In this document: positions 1-14,900 of the stretch, piece after piece | Position numbering within the stretch: position 1 is the stretch's first letter | Layout of the letters: the number at the start of each line of letters is the position of its first letter | Source: Styela clava | Lineage: Eukaryota | Reading direction: 5' to 3' | Length of the DNA stretch: 64,000 nucleotides | Assembly: GCF_964204865.1 (NCBI RefSeq) | Contig: NC_135262.1 | Span: 12,524,001 to 12,588,000, forward strand | Notes under the pieces: model-generated | The model's input: the letters and a program-made list of their open reading frames with translations, nothing else | Databases searched by the model: none | Told to the model about the DNA's origin: nothing | Made by a program: the position numbers and the translations under genes

Positions 1-92
1 TATTGAGTGCTGGGACATCGACGTAGCCTACGTCTAGTTTGGATCCTAAATCAATCTGTAACTGCACATTATGCAAGTCAATGATAGCTCAC

Positions 93-699
93 AGATTTGA
101 AATTTTCTTTTGATGCTGGTGTATAATCCTTGTTTTTCCAATTATTAGGGACGAGTATTGTGACGTCTTTGAAGTAAGCTCTCCGTTTTGTAGCTGTAAA
201 TAGAGCAGCTGAAGCATCAGTCATCATGTTCTAAAATAAGAAGATAAAATGCTAAATACCGATACTAATATCGCAAATATTTGTTTGTCTCACCACGTGT
301 GCCAAACAATCGAGTTTCCAAACAAGCCTTAGTTTAACTACTACCTAAAATAGTTTTTATGGTTCCAATTGGTGCATGGATGCAACTCTATAGGGCTAGG
401 CCTACGTACCAATTGGGTAACCACGATTAACATTTTCACCGACAATTTATGTATGATGATGTAAGATAATATGTTCGGTTTAAAATACAGGTTTTTAATA
501 CAGCCGCTTCTTTTTCTAGTTCTCCATTCTTACTTACCTTAATGGAATCGATTATTTGTTCGTTCTCCGGGACATCAGGGTGAATCGCGACCACTAAATC
601 TGTAAATCCATTGTTTTTGAATTTGAGTAATTTTTTGTCTCCAAGACCAGTCTGTGATGCAATCGTCATCAATATTATTAATTCTTTTAATTTCACCAT
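93..699 (-). CDS. CLCA: Calcium-activated chloride channel regulator (CLCA family), first two coding exons; gene continues off the left edge
   Basis: Exon 1 (699..538) encodes MVKLKELIILMTIASQTGLGDKKLLKFKNNGFTDLVVAIHPDVPENEQIIDSIK with a GTAAGT donor. Exon 2 (230..93) encodes NMMTDASAALFTATKRRAYFKDVTILVPNNWKNKDYTPASKENFKS with a TAG acceptor and GTGAG donor. This matches the CLCA N-terminal pattern NNGYxxxVVAIxPxVPE...IKxMxTxASxxLFxATxxRxYFKxVxILxPxxW, preceded by a hydrophobic leader. Confidence 0.92.
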
Positions 700-1330
700 T
701 TCCAACAATTTTAAGTTGCAATGTTTCTATTTTACTTGCTGTGCTGTCACGTCATCATACCAAACGAAATAAAATAGAGTAGTTCACAGCAAGAATTGCA
801 ATGAAATATCACAAAGAAAAGGTTGGCGTTCAGAAGTTTGATGTACATTATATTTAAAATTTATTCTATATTTACAGTACTTTGAAGTCCTATTTTGAAA
901 TTGTTTTTACCTTCTGTCGGTACGCTTGTGGTTTTGTGGAATTTTATACGAACCCGGATTACCCGCCTGACTGAAAACGGCATTTACAGATATAAAGTAT
1001 CGACAAGGATGATCTAACATTCGTTACAATAACATCAGTCTTTTAAGTAAGCTTTATCTCATGATTTTTGTGGGGTTTGTTTACGCAAAAAGGAACTGTG
1101 TGAAACTGAAGTACGCAGATTGCGTTTCAAAACCCCTACAACCCCTTTACCATTGCCAAAAAGATCAACCCAAATAGAATTGCATGCACCGTCAACTCCT
1201 CATATATTTATATTAGAATATATTTAATTTTACTTGCCATAGTATTCATATGAAAATTATTTTTATGCTGCAATATTCTACGCTATACTTATTGTTCTAT
1301 AGTAGACATTATTCAAGTCGGATTAATATA

Positions 1331-1628
1331 AAAACAAGAATATCGGTCAGAGACCGAAGACTTATCGATCAAAAGTTAGGGGATCCCCAAAACAGCGCTC
1401 TTACTCCATAGTGACACCTTGTGTCCCATCACTAATTAATTAATACATCGCTAATTATACGACATAATTCATCTAAAATCAATAGGCTTCTGGTCCGACA
1501 TATGATGAAGGCACATGCAAAATCTGGAGCAGATTCAATCTCGCTTTCGTGAGATATCGCGTGCATCTAACAGACAAACAGACAAATACCTATCAACATA
1601 CTTACCGATTAAAATCGATAAGTAATAA
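1331..1628. mobile_element. Non-autonomous Helentron-type element (HINE/DINE-1-like)
   Basis: AACAAG end, then stem-loop TCGGTC-aga-GACCGA (1343-1357). Subterminal inverted repeats ACTTATCGAT (1360-1369) and ATCGATAAGT (1614-1623), with a partner ACTTACCGAT (1600-1609) forming a hairpin. Internal ACAG/ACAA microsatellite at ~1570-1585. Confidence 0.7.
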
Positions 1629-2620
1629 CAGGTAAAAAAAAATACCAAAACGTACATTTTAAAAATTTTGCACACGGGTCAATAAGTTATTACATATTTA
1701 GGAACCTTTTTTTAAAAAATGTTCGATTCTGCTATATTCTGGCAGTCTAAATTGGATTATAGGATTCAAATTTACAATATCTTAAGTAAACTGCAACATA
1801 TTTGTATCTCCTGTCCCTATAAAGAACTTCAATCAAGGCTCACAAACTTACATTTAAAAACTATTTGTCTTTCTATCAGCGGATATCGGACGGTCATGTC
1901 TTGAGTTTGAAAAAAAAAAATTGAAATAAACCATTCAAGTTTGTAGAACCGTGGCAAAATAATGAAAACGATACGTTCAAGTTTTATTTATTGTTGGGAT
2001 CAAAAATTTCCGGAATACTTGCGATATCTGTCTTTTAGTAGGATTTCAATTTTGAAAACGAGTTATAGTTTTCTGATACTAGAGCAGTTCTTTCCATTCA
2101 GAAGAGTTGGCATGCAACCAGATTTAACGAAGAAGAACCAGAAAAATACCAAACAATATTAACCCATCTAAACTCACTATTTTTCTTACGATAACATGAA
2201 GTTTACAAAGTGTGATTTCCGCAAATAATTCTATTCCAGTGTTAAATTGAAATAACGTACAGAAAATAGTTCCTATTCTTTCCTCAGAAAATGCAAATAA
2301 ATTCAATCATCTAATTTAAAGTTTGGACAAAATTGTTTATATTCCTGCACTATTTATAACAGACTAGTGCTATGCACATGACTTAAGTTACAATGACGCG
2401 ATAGAAGAAGCGATAGTCATACTTGCAAATGAGTTTATTGAATTCGAAAACTTCGGATTAGTAACTAGCCATTATGGTTGATAGAAGAAATTGTGCGCAC
2501 CTCTTTCTATTTCAACAAAACTCGACTCGTTATTTTACGGATTGGTCTGCGCGGTATGCCATGTTTTTGAAAGGGTTCTGCTACAATCTTCGAACATTTT
2601 TGAAAAAATATTGTTGTGTT

Positions 2621-2899
2621 TTCAAAATAACTCTTCTGAAGCAAATCAACAACAAACATGTAGTCTTCGCAATCCTCACTGCGAACATTTATGACAAGAC
2701 AGATTTATACATTATTTTTTGTACGTGAAATCTTCCGTTTTTGAATTCTCTTCAAAAATTTGAATTCTCTTCAAAATAACTCTTCTGAAGCAAATCAACA
2801 ACAAACATGTAGTCTTCGCAATCCTCACTGCAAACATTTATGACAAGACAGATTCATACATTATTTTTTGTACGTGAAATCTTCCGTTTTTGAATTCTG
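2621..2899 (+). repeat. ~130-bp tandem duplication with a short re-duplicated junction
   Basis: TTCAAAATAACTCTTCTGAAGC...GTTTTTGAATTCT occurs at 2621-2749 and 2770-2899 with 2 mismatches. The spacer re-copies TTGAATTCTCTTCAAAA. Confidence 0.9.
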
Positions 2900-3368
2900 T
2901 GTGGGTGTATAAATTGCGTTTTAATGTTCTGGGTATTCAAAAGCATCCATCCATGTTATTTGCGGAAGTTTTGTTGCCATTCAGACGTATCGAGCAAGAA
3001 AGACAAAAAATATCAGTTAAATGAATTGATAGCCCATGTAAATTTTACTGTGCTGGCTTCATATGTTTTACAATTTGAACGTTACCTTTATAGCATTTCA
3101 CGAAGAATACGACTATTCCATAAAGGTTGAAACTAAAACAAATTTTTTTCATTATCTCGTTTTAATTTGTCGAACCGTCGAGTCCACTGCATGATGTAAT
3201 CTCATTTGCATATAAATATTAGAAAGGATTTTCCACACTGTAGACAGGAATTTGGTGGTTTCAGAGAAAATATCCTTTCATTCTTGTGAATCGGACCACA
3301 GCCAATTTTGAGTTATTTCGGTTAGTAAAAGTACCTCATATTTCATCTAAATTATCTTGATTAAATAT

Positions 3369-4190
3369 CGTCACGCCAATAACCGAATTGCGTAAGTCAT
3401 TTTTAGCATTTTTGAGAAAAACGTAAAAAACTTCCTAATGATATTGTTATGCCATTGAGAGTCAATAATTTGCCATGGATCAATTTTTTGATCGTAGCCG
3501 GATTTAATTTAATTTGTATGACGCAGTTAACTGACGTCAAAATGGCGCACTGTGACTTAGGCAGAAATGTGTCTATGACTTGGGGACATACGCAATTTTG
3601 CAACTTTACTATATGCACCAGTCCTGAAAACTAAACATTCCAAAAACGAATGTAATTCTTAGTATCTACAATGTCTAATCCCCAAAATAGCTAATCAGTT
3701 CCAATTACATTATTTTTTTATGTTTAAAAATATATATTTCATCATTATAACACAATCTGCACACCCACCGAAATAAGACTAAGATTAAATATAATGAATA
3801 AAACAGCAATGCACCCAATATAAAAGCCAATCAAGGTGAATTGGACTCGGACAGTCAATATCACAAATGCACGTCTTCCTATACTGTAGTATAAATTCAA
3901 ATTAATACGTGCTAAGCTAGAATCCGAGATGCAAAAACTCGAAAATACTTCGCCGAGGTTATTTTGTCTTTGTGACGTCACAATAGTACTGCGTAACCAT
4001 GATAATTCATTATGACGGAACAATTGCACAAATGTGCATGTCATACTAAATCTCCATTTTCATGGGTTTCGGAATTCTTAAAATAAAATCTGAGTTAACA
4101 GGCAGGTGCGCAGCATTACATAAATACCTATTTTATAAAAAACTCAAAATCGCCAAAAATGACTTACGCAATTCGGTTATTAGCGTGACG
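3369..4190. mobile_element. MITE with ~40-bp TIRs (Sola-like ATAT TSD or Tc1/mariner-like TA TSD)
   Basis: CGTCACGCCAATAACCGAATTGCGTAAGTCATTTTT at 3369 matches the reverse complement of the right end (...AAAAATGACTTACGCAATTCGGTTATTAGCGTGACG, ending 4190) with 1 mismatch. ATAT flanks both sides. Confidence 0.85.
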
Positions 4191-5027
4191 ATATTGTGGT
4201 ATCCAAGCAACAAACTTGCTACATATGATTAAATTATATCCATTGTGGCAATTTGCATTGTGAACTGCTGCACCTTTATATTCTCATTGAAATTGCTGTC
4301 TGGTAATTATATTAAAACATTAATATATGACACGCCAGTGAGGTAACTTAATATAAATTTTGTAGCAATTTTCTGTTAACTGCAAATGTTTAGCGGAGGA
4401 TTGTCTGTAACTTATTCTACTTTCAGGATAACTTTCAACAACCGGAAATTTCAACATTAGTCTATTCTAAAGTTATTCTGAAGTATAGGAAGTCTAAATA
4501 TTAGAAAACTATCTAATAATTTTACTCGGCCCCCAAAATACGGTGTTGAATAGTAAAATCATTTATCGAAACAAACGGATCGCGGTCATTACTGAACTTA
4601 TAATTGTTTGTTTATCCGAGCGCCGACTGTCATATATCGGGGAGTTGTTTGTACCCCTCCAGTTTATGTATATATATATAGTCTTAATAATTGAACAAAA
4701 GTATTAACCGTATATATTTAATATCTTTATTCACGTTTATCCGCATAAATCAAAATGCAGTGGTAACATTTCGTTGCCATTGATCGTGCTTTCAAGTCGC
4801 TTGTAATTGAAATCTAACAATATTTTGTTAGTAATCAAACTTTGAAATATACGTGTTTCAAATTTTTGAACAGAATAAAATTTGGAAACAATATCTTTTT
4901 TGGGAAGGCGAAGATACCATATGCAGCCATAATTTTGCAAGCTTTAGTAAGTAATTTTTTTAGAAGAAACTTCCATAGTTCTGCTTTATATACCGCATGA
5001 TTGTTGAAAAGTAGAAAACTGTGACAA

Positions 5028-8000
5028 TCATGTTCGTTTTGCTAATGTCTTTGCAGCTAATGATACATTGTCTCTGTAAAATCTTGATGGTGATTTCAAG
5101 CAATCTTTGTATTCAGTTTTGTAGTACCAATTGTATAGAGATTTTACAGAACGAGGATATATTTTATCTGATATTAAAGGTCTTTCGTATGTCGACTCGT
5201 TGTAATTCGGATTAAACATGTCATCTACATTTATTCCGTGTAAAATACGACATAATTGACAGTATCGTATCTGACGTCCATATTCTGTCAATTTTTCCAA
5301 TGGCATCTGGTACCATCTATAAACAAATTATTAAAAATTAAGTTTGCTATTTTAAATTGTAGCTTTATTATAAAACAAACAATAAACCAGCCTATGGATG
5401 TTTATATGCTAATAATTTATATTTCTGTAATTTGAGTAATTTCGATTTATAATGTACTAAATGGACAAAATGTGAGAATATGATATACGCCAAACTTTCG
5501 AGGTAAATTTTCAGAAGATAGTACATGATTTTATTGCAAAGATGACGGGGAGAAATTAATAATCTGATTACCTCTGATTACTGAAACCTTCATTGGGAGA
5601 CTCACGTAAGCTTAGACAAAACTGTAATGACATTGGGCCAATTTGTTATTTAATTTCGATTACTGCATCACTAGTTATAAAAACAACTCAAAAATTACTA
5701 CGATATGATATGCAATTATGGAAAAAATTACTTACTTGAAATATTCCAGATATGCTGTGTCGTTTTTATCGAGGTAATTAATGTAGTTAATGAGTTCTTT
5801 CACTGTAGAAAAATCGTCTGCGTATATATAAGATCCAGGAGGAGCTATTGCGTCATAGTCTTGTTTTGTTGCTCCCCATACAATTGGTATTGCGCTTGCA
5901 TCTAGTCCATTTACAAAAAACTTTTCTGTTATGTAATCTCGACAGTGATAAGAGTTTTCAAACGCGAAATAAAATTTGTAAGTTTTTAATAGATCAGCAA
6001 ACTTCTTTTTTTCTAATTTCGGAAAAGTTGGAAATTTGAAGCATCCACCCAAGGTGTGTAAATTCATCCCTTCAGATTTGATATCTCGTACAAATTGTAA
6101 ACGAACGTTGGCTCCAGGCATGGTATGGCAGTTTGATATAACAGCCACAGCAACTCTACTTTTATTCTCCAAAATAAGGTTCAAATTTTTTTGATATTCC
6201 GACTTTTTCTTCTTCCAAAGTGATAAGTATGTACTTCCGTATGGATGATAAATATCAGCATCACGACTGCAAATATGAAATATCTTTATCACATTTTTTT
6301 CATGATTTGTTTAAATGTGAAAAAGTTTTGATATTATCTTTACCAAATTTTAGGTTTACTTATAGTGCAATACATTGATATACCGGAAACTTTGAGTTAA
6401 ATTAAATCCTAGCTTTTCTTCATATTGAAAATATCGTCGATGTAGATAAAGCAAAGCTGGTGGAGCTTCTCCAGTTTGCCAAACATAGAATTGATCTCTT
6501 CTCCTGTAACGAAATGTAATATCAGTTGTACTTTCACTGAGAAAAAATCAGTTATGAAGCCTGAAATATAATTTTGCTGAATTTTTCCAAGGAATTCCAT
6601 TACGCATCATAATAAAGATAAAATCGTTGTATCATTTTTTTTTCAATAAAATCCCTTCTAGCTTAGCTGTGAGGCTGAAATAGTTTAGATTTATGATACA
6701 TTATTGTAATGTTACCTTTTTTACTACCCATTGGGGTTTTGTGATTATCTCGATCTCAAATTTACTCACATTAAATTAAATCGACTAGTTCTGTTGTACT
6801 TAATTGTAATTAATTAATTAATTGCTGTTGTAATCCGAAAACATTTTAGTTTGATAAATATCGACGCCTCGATCCTTTGATTTTGATATGTTTAATATTC
6901 CATACCGATTGGAGTATATTGTGTTGCATACAACAAATTGATTATCCATTACAATGCTATGTTTTTTCTTGTGCAAAAGTCCTCACTAGTCAAGAGCCAC
7001 AGTTTTTACCGTAAATTATTGTTCTAACATATTATATTGCTTACCTGTTTCGTCGATCAGGCATTGTGTGGGCGAATATTTTTTTGTAATTGAATACGAC
7101 AGCTTTTGTGGCGTTATCATTGAGCTAAAAATATTATACATTTTTTTTGAAATATTTCTGGAAACGCTTTTGACTTCTGTGCTAAAGATAGGGGATCTTA
7201 AATTTTGCAGCATTGAAATAGTTGTTTGCTGCATGCACATATTATATTTTAGAAGAAGGTTACGTTACAATGGAGATTAATGCGGAACAAATGGGACTAG
7301 TACGAGACAAGCGGGACATGACATTTTAGAACTCTCCTAATACATCTATATGTTGCTAATACATCTTTCGCATAGAAGAAACTCAATGATACCAAACTTA
7401 CCAGCGATTTATCAGATGTTATCTCGCACAATCCGCATATACCCTGCAATCTGATTGTCTTGGGATTTTCCCCGTACCATTCAAGAATGATCTGAATGGC
7501 AAACAAAATGCAGACAAATTAATAAACAGGCTTATTATCAAACTTTAGTTTAATAATACAACATCAGAGATAAACAAAATGACATGCAAATTATTTTATT
7601 GTGATTTGTCAGCTTTCTTATTTCTGCTAGAATACTGTCATAGTTTTACAGTTGTAGTCTTGTCATTGCGGAGAAATGAATCGATACCATAAAGTTCGAT
7701 CAAATATTCGGGTTATCTCGAGATGAAAGCTATTTTAAAATTAATGGGTTCGCGAATGACGGGTGGTTTTCATTAGACTATTGTTTTAACGGAAGACTTA
7801 CCTTCTTAGTTGTTTGTGCCTTACGAAGAGCAGTATCTAATTCACTTTTTAAACTTTCACTTAAAAAGGTCGGTGCAAGGGAATTGAACTTTAATTTCGG
7901 TTTCAGATTTGAAATTGTGGTTGAAGAGTTTGATTGCTGTAAAGTTTCTGAAGAATTCTGAATGTTTGGGATGACTTGAACACGTTGTTGGTCTTGATTG

Positions 8001-8092
8001 TAGTAATGATTCGTCAGCAATATGAAAAGTATTGCTGCACATAAAAGTACGCCAAAGTATTTTCTCAATTGATGGATGTCCCTCAAATCCAT
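5028..8092 (-). CDS. Alpha-1,3/4-fucosyltransferase (GT10), type II membrane protein, 6 exons, 466 aa
   Basis: Exons 8092-7802, 7491-7402, 7124-7045, 6503-6384, 6266-5736 and 5316-5028 total 1401 nt, in frame, all GT-AG. N-terminal TM segment YFGVLLCAAILFILL. Motifs FNLTQSFRRDADIYHPYG, VISNC, and the GT10 signature YKFYFAFENSYHCRDYITEKFF-NGL-ASAIPIVWG...APPGSYI...YLDKNDTAYLEYFKW. Confidence 0.95.
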
Positions 8093-8962
8093 CAGCGAAT
8101 GAGTGGCAAATTACTCGTTTCTTATTAGTAGTGTAGGTATTCCCATCTCTATATGCTGATGTAAACTGTGAATCGCTTTACTAACACAATACTGAGAGAC
8201 CAATAAACGCACGCTGAGTAAAAGTCTAACAGCTGACTTCAAGTATCTTATTACCTTCTTATTACCTCAATGACTGCTGCCACAGAGTCAAGTTCTGTTA
8301 TAGTTTCAATTTGCCTAGGGCTATAAAAAATATTATCATATACTATAGCTACTGAATACTGATGTAAACAGAACGACAGCATACTTAGGTCGCATAAAAT
8401 CACTTATGAAGTATGTTATGAAATCAACTACAAATTGGTATTTGTCAGTTTCAGAAATATTTAGGTATTTTCAGGATGGTTTACGTTAGTGATAGTTCAG
8501 TTTAATCTTTTTCCTAACTCGACAATTATAGAAAAGGCTGACTATTTTTAATTTGACTAACCATTATCTATATTGTTTTTGCGTTATACGAAAAAGACAA
8601 ATCATAACTGTATTACCCTTTCAGGCCTGCAACTAACGCCTAAGTCATGGATAAGTTTAGTAGAATTTGAGCATCTAACTGTTAACTGGTTTGAAATTTA
8701 TCCAATAATCAAAACTTGCATAAGTGCATATAGTTACGAATCTACAAATTCTATTGAACCACCCATTTATAAAAAAAAAATCAAAACATATTTTGATATA
8801 TTGCTTGAAGTTTTATTTTTGATAAATGTCTTTATGCTTTGAAACATCCGAAAGATGGAGAAAATTGATATACATCCACATAAAAATCCAAAATAATGTG
8901 GGAACCAAATATTTAAATTGGAGAAATAAATCCATGTATGCAATTGACAATATAGCAATTGG

Positions 8963-11900
8963 TTAATTATCTTTTTTTGTCACCCATGTCTTCAGTTCTA
9001 GGCGATTTATTTTTCCGAATTTTGATTTCGGTATTTTGTTAACAAATTGGATTCCTCCTCTTAACTGTTTGTAATCGACAAGTTCATCTGGAATTAAGAA
9101 AGAAAGTAATATTCATAGATTAAAATTCCAAGTAAAGTAAATTTCAATATGTTTGTACTTTTAATTAGCGTTTGAAGTTCATCCGCTGTAAGTGATTCAA
9201 CTTTTCGAACAACAAACGCTTTCGGTAACTCTCCACAAGTAAGATCGGGGACACCAACCACCCCAGCATCTTCAACATCTGGGTGACTCAACAGCACATT
9301 CTCTATTTCAGCAGGAGCTACCTATATACGACAAAGTGAAATAAAAGTCATATTATGAAAACGGGGAAGACATGATAGGATTTTAATGGAAATTCAATAC
9401 ATTCGTAATAGAATGACAGCAAAATCATCAAAAAGTTATTGTAATATCCCTATGTTTTATTTTTGTGTTTCCACGTAAACAATTTTATTGATAGATTTGA
9501 ACAACATGGTTCTGCTATTTTGAAATGAATTTCAAAGCAACTCTGTCTGACTGATGTGCAACAAAAATGGGTGTTGGATGCTAGTGATCCTGGTCAAGTT
9601 ATCGATTTATGAATAGTAAACTATATAATCATATGGCTCACTTGTAGAGTTTTGTACTTGATAACTTCCTTCAGTCGACCAATCACATAAAGCTTTTTAT
9701 TCTTAATAACCCCGATATCGCCTGTACGAAGAAATCCATCCCTATTAATTGTTTGCTCCGTTGCTTCAGTATTTTTAAAATAACCAACGGTCACCTATTG
9801 AAAAAAGATACTCTATCATAATTTCAAAATCTAGTTATTTTTTTTTGTCAATTCATAACTTTTAAAAATATTTCAATTTTTTTGGTTTGAACCAAGATAA
9901 TAATGTTCAACTGGCTTGATTGTTTGAATGGTCGGTCTATTACTTGAAGGGGATTAAATTGTTTTTGTTCTTAATGAGTTTTTTTTTATAACTTAGTAGG
10001 TCGCATTGGAGGAAATATTATAACAAAGTCATAGTACAGTATTGTAGTGAAACGATGTATTTAACGACGGAGTTTATGTGCATTTTTAACGGATATTGTG
10101 TACTAATAAAAAAAGAAATATACTTGTGGCCCTTTTATCCAAATTTCTCCTTCCTGGTCAGATTTTAATTCTTTACCTGTATTCGGATCAACTATCTGAA
10201 AAACAAGAGTCAAGTATTGTTACAAATCAATTTTTTGTTAAAATCTGCCGTTTAATTGTCCCATTCATTATCCCCACGGCCCTATATAAGTTGGAATAAC
10301 TGTTATTAAAGCTATTTACTACAAAATGTCTTACTATTTCAGCATACAATCTTTGTTAATCCCACCAAAACATACTTACCATCAATTCTGAGTTAACACA
10401 GATGGAGCCAGCTGAATCAACGACTGAGTCGTCGTTATCCTTCCAAGATATAGGACAGCATTCCGTCATTGCGTAAACTAAACATGTTAGGTTATAAAGT
10501 AATTCACTCAATTTTGATTTGAGTGGTCGTAAAATGAAGCAAGTGCTTATGGTATAACCCATACTTGTAAATCGTTGATCCACGCACAGAAAGCAAATAA
10601 AGTCTGAGGCAAGTGTTTTTCCAAGGAAAGTTATACTTTGACTGAGTTTGTCATTTGAACGAATATCGAAATATTCGTTTCTTTACGTTAGGGTATTGAT
10701 ATTGTATTTGGTTCTGACGTCTGTATGCTTGAACAGTATGATCAACCAATACAGTGTGACAACTGACCTGGGAACAATTTAACATTGAAACGATCGATGA
10801 CTGATTTCATTACTGTTGTTGAAATAGATGCACCTCCCGTGAGCGCAGTTTTCCACGATGTTGTATCATATTTGTGATGCAATTCTGTCTGCGATAGTTG
10901 CAGCAAATTTGGTGGCACCACGAACATGTGATTTACCTAAGACATATAATTTGTCTATTTTTAGGCTGCATAATCAAAATAAATGATGAATAATTCAGGT
11001 AGATTTGGATGAATGAAAATTGAACAATATAGCTAGACCAGTAGGGACGCAAGGAAAAAACTACAAGAAAAACAAAAAATTCTTTTCGCAAAGATAGAGA
11101 CTTCAGTACTACGTTCAGTAGCAAAACAGCATTATCATTCATTTTATTATAACTGGTTTACTTATATTAAAATATGGAACAACACAATTGGTCGTTGATA
11201 GAATATTGGAGCATTCTATGTTGTACATAGGTATAGTAAGGGTAAGTTTTCAAATAAATCTACTTAGACTTTTACTTTAATGATAGCCTTGACTTGGAAA
11301 ACGACTTTTTGAGTAGACTTAACTTTGGTTATGCGTATTCTAGACCAGTGGTTCCCAAACTTTTTTGTACCATCGCCCCCCTAATTTGTGCAACTTCATC
11401 GGAACAGCGCGCGAAGACTGCGACAATTCGTGAACTCAACTCAGTCGTTTTATTAAAAGAAAAAAGGTTTCCGACTCCTGGGCTACGTGAACTACCTAAT
11501 TCTGACGCGACTATGCAATACATTAGATTTTTGCAAACTTCCAATAGAAATATTCAAATTTTCTGAATATAGATATCACGCAATATAGCAATCTTTTAAC
11601 AAGGTTTCAAAAATTTGGCATACCTTGTACTTTTGTATGGCTGATAATGTTTCTCCAACGTTAAACTCCTGATCCATAACTACACTTAGCCCTCCTTGCA
11701 AAACAGCCAACACTAACATGAAACCACCCCCGTGAAACATCGGTCTTTCGTTGTAATAAGTTTCTCCACGCTTGTATTGTGAATGATGCCTTGAAATTAA
11801 GACAAGTATTGCGTCTATTGTAACAATAGAAATCAAAAACTTTAGATTCATTTAGCAAGAACGAGCTGGAGCACTCTGACTGACCAGCATAGTATTACCT

Positions 11901-14900
11901 CTCGAATAGACATGTTGTAATATGTATGAACACGATACACAGAAGTCGAAGAAGAGGGCTATACACAGAAGTAAAAACAGTCGCGATAACATAGGTTTGA
12001 GTAGTATACTCGACTCGGTCATTATTGTAAATTTGTTAATTGGAAATTATTCTAATTTCCTATCTAGTTCAATTTAGCCAAGTAATTTTCTTTGTTTAAT
12101 AGCATTGCATTTTTTTGAAATATTAAGTTCAATTTCATTTTAAAAATGTTTTTCTTACCACAAACACAATATAATAGAAATCGTGCTATAATGAGTGTGC
12201 ATGACACATTTTGGCATTCCCGTTGTTCCGCTTGAATACGGTAATATGGCCAAAGTTTTTCTGGGTGATATTTTGCAATGAGGCACAAAGTTATCTAAAA
12301 AATAATGACACTCATGGGAAAATTTGCAAGCAATATATTTTTGCTAATAGACATGTATTTTTACCAATATCTTTCTTCAAGAGAATGACTTCATCCCAAG
12401 TTTTGAATTCACTACTTTTTCCAAGAACTATGATTTTCTAAAATACAATAATATAATTGTACATAATGCAAGATCGTGTCAGATGACATAACTAGATAAA
12501 TGTGTCACAAATCTTATAAAAATGAATCATATTTCTCGGGCAATTATCAAAAGTTATCTAAATTGTTATTGTTTAAAAAAACTGATTACTTTAACTTGAT
12601 TCTCTGAGTATTGTTTGAGAGCTTGCTTCACGTTATTGATGCTTTCGTCTGATACGATTAGCATTTTTGGCTCAGTGATTTTGAAGATGTGCTGCATTTC
12701 CCCCTACAAATAAATAAAGCAAGGAATGCGTGATAAGTTTAAAAGAGTTTGGCATGTTATTTAGATAAAATAGTAGTGTATATATGGATAGTTTGTATGT
12801 AGTTGAAAAGTCGAATGGGGCGATAGGGGGGCGATTTCGCAAAATCTGTTTTCGTTCGGCGCATCGTGCACTTGATTACTGTACTCTGCGTGCTTTCGTA
12901 GGTTTGAATCACGTAGGCAATTATCACACGCGAAAGGATTGTGTATCCAAGTGGTCGGCAAAGTACGGCCGGAGTAAAATAATCTGGCCAGGACGCTTCA
13001 CTGAATGGACCTTTCCCCGACATTTGACTCCGGAAAATTCTTCCTATATTTTACCACTAAATTTTCGGTGCTTATTTTAAGAGCGGTTTCGCGAGTTGTT
13101 GCTTGTAAAATGGGGTATTTGTTTCAAACTATTATTCTAATTCATACCATTCAACAATCTGATTTTTAAAAGTACCGGTAAAGAATTTTAGCCTAGTCTA
13201 CCACAGCTATTTCTACACTGATTTTTTGATTACTGTAATTAAACTAAAACTTCTAGAAAGACAAAGTCATCATTGACTTATATTTAAAATTCCGAAAAAC
13301 AACTAAAAACTAACGAATATAATTCAAAAACGCGAAAATGAGGTAATGTTCACGACCACACCTGAAAATCTGTTTGAGTGAGAAATGTGTCTGGCGGAAG
13401 CGAAAGGGACATTGTTACGTTTATTTTTACATCTTGCTGATTGGCCAATGTTACGAAGTGAACAAGGAAGTCTATGCCCGGGAAAACATCCAAACGGCGG
13501 TTTTGATGATGGATTAATTTTATTTATAATCTACGCTCGAGGAGTAAATTACATTTTTTTACGTAACAAAATGTATCGTGAGACACGTCTAGACTAAATT
13601 TTGTTATATCCTAAGGGTTCTATTGAACAGCAGTTACTCGTTTAACCAGCCTACAATTTAATTATAGTTAGACAAATGGAAACACGGAGAAAATTTGATG
13701 ATGAGCGCGGGTGTTCAATAGCGCAATAAATATTCTAATATATTGCAATGCAATAAGGAAATAAAATTCATATTCTATTCGAGAGATTCATCCCTGCTTA
13801 AATTTTGGAGGGAATGTATCTTCTTAACGAAAATCTTAATCAAAATTTCACAATGCGAAAATATTCACTTCGATGTTTGGAAGTACATATTTGTGCGAAC
13901 AAATATTTTTGAAAATGAACATTACAAAGAACAAGCAAAGAACTAGGATTAGTAATGCCCTTTTAGAAAATGTTCCAAAATGTTGGCGTTGTAAAGCTAT
14001 CAAGCGTGATGCAGCAAAAAGACAATGTCACATTTATTGTCATTGTAATTTTTTTTTTAATAAGACGACTGAGTTGAGTTCATTGTCTCAGTTTTTGCGC
14101 GCTGTTCCGTTTTAAACTTTCAAAAAATATATATGACCCGCAAAAGACTAGCAACCTTTAATTTTGTCCCGCGAGCGACGAAAAATTTGCCGACCCCTGG
14201 GCCGTAGCCGATAGTCGGTCACGGCTTCTTCCATATCCAAGTGCACGAATCCAAAACAAATGGTGATCGGACTGGAGGCCGTGGTAGGATGAGGAATCAG
14301 GGATGAATTTTACCGAAGACCGTTATATATCATGTACTTTGGTGCAGGTCATCAGGCTGTTGGGATGAATGAGATGTACGAAAATAATTATTATAAGTTT
14401 TGGAAATTTAACTTTGCTTTCATTATTTTAATGTGAAATGGGGTGAATTTAGGGAGTCAAATGCTAAAGGGAAGAGTACACCGCTATTAATGAATTTAAT
14501 AGTACTGTTAGATGTCCCATGCAGCGAATATTTATTTGGCTATTTTTCGTATGACTGGGATATTTTATAGAATATTAGCAATTGCTTCATTTTAGCTGAA
14601 AAGTTGATCAAACTTATTTGCTTGAGAAGAGAAATTCTACCAACTTTATTTCAGAAGTTGATCAAAGGCATATCTAGAGAATTATGATTTTGCTAAATAA
14701 CATCACTGAAGCTTGAATAGATAGATTTTACCTCCTTTGTATAATGGATTGCAAGGTGATATAGCTGCCCCACAAGATATCACTCCCATCATTGCTATTA
14801 TATATTCCACACAATTCGGAAGAACCAGGCCAACAACATCGCCTTCGCCTATATTTTGCTCCTGAAAATATTTTCCACAGGATTGTATTTGTTCGTAAAC

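Noticed and set aside
12760-13560. GC-richer intronic tract with several overlapping short ORFs
   Set aside because: Probably an unclassified repeat. No TIR, TSD or protein motif could be established.
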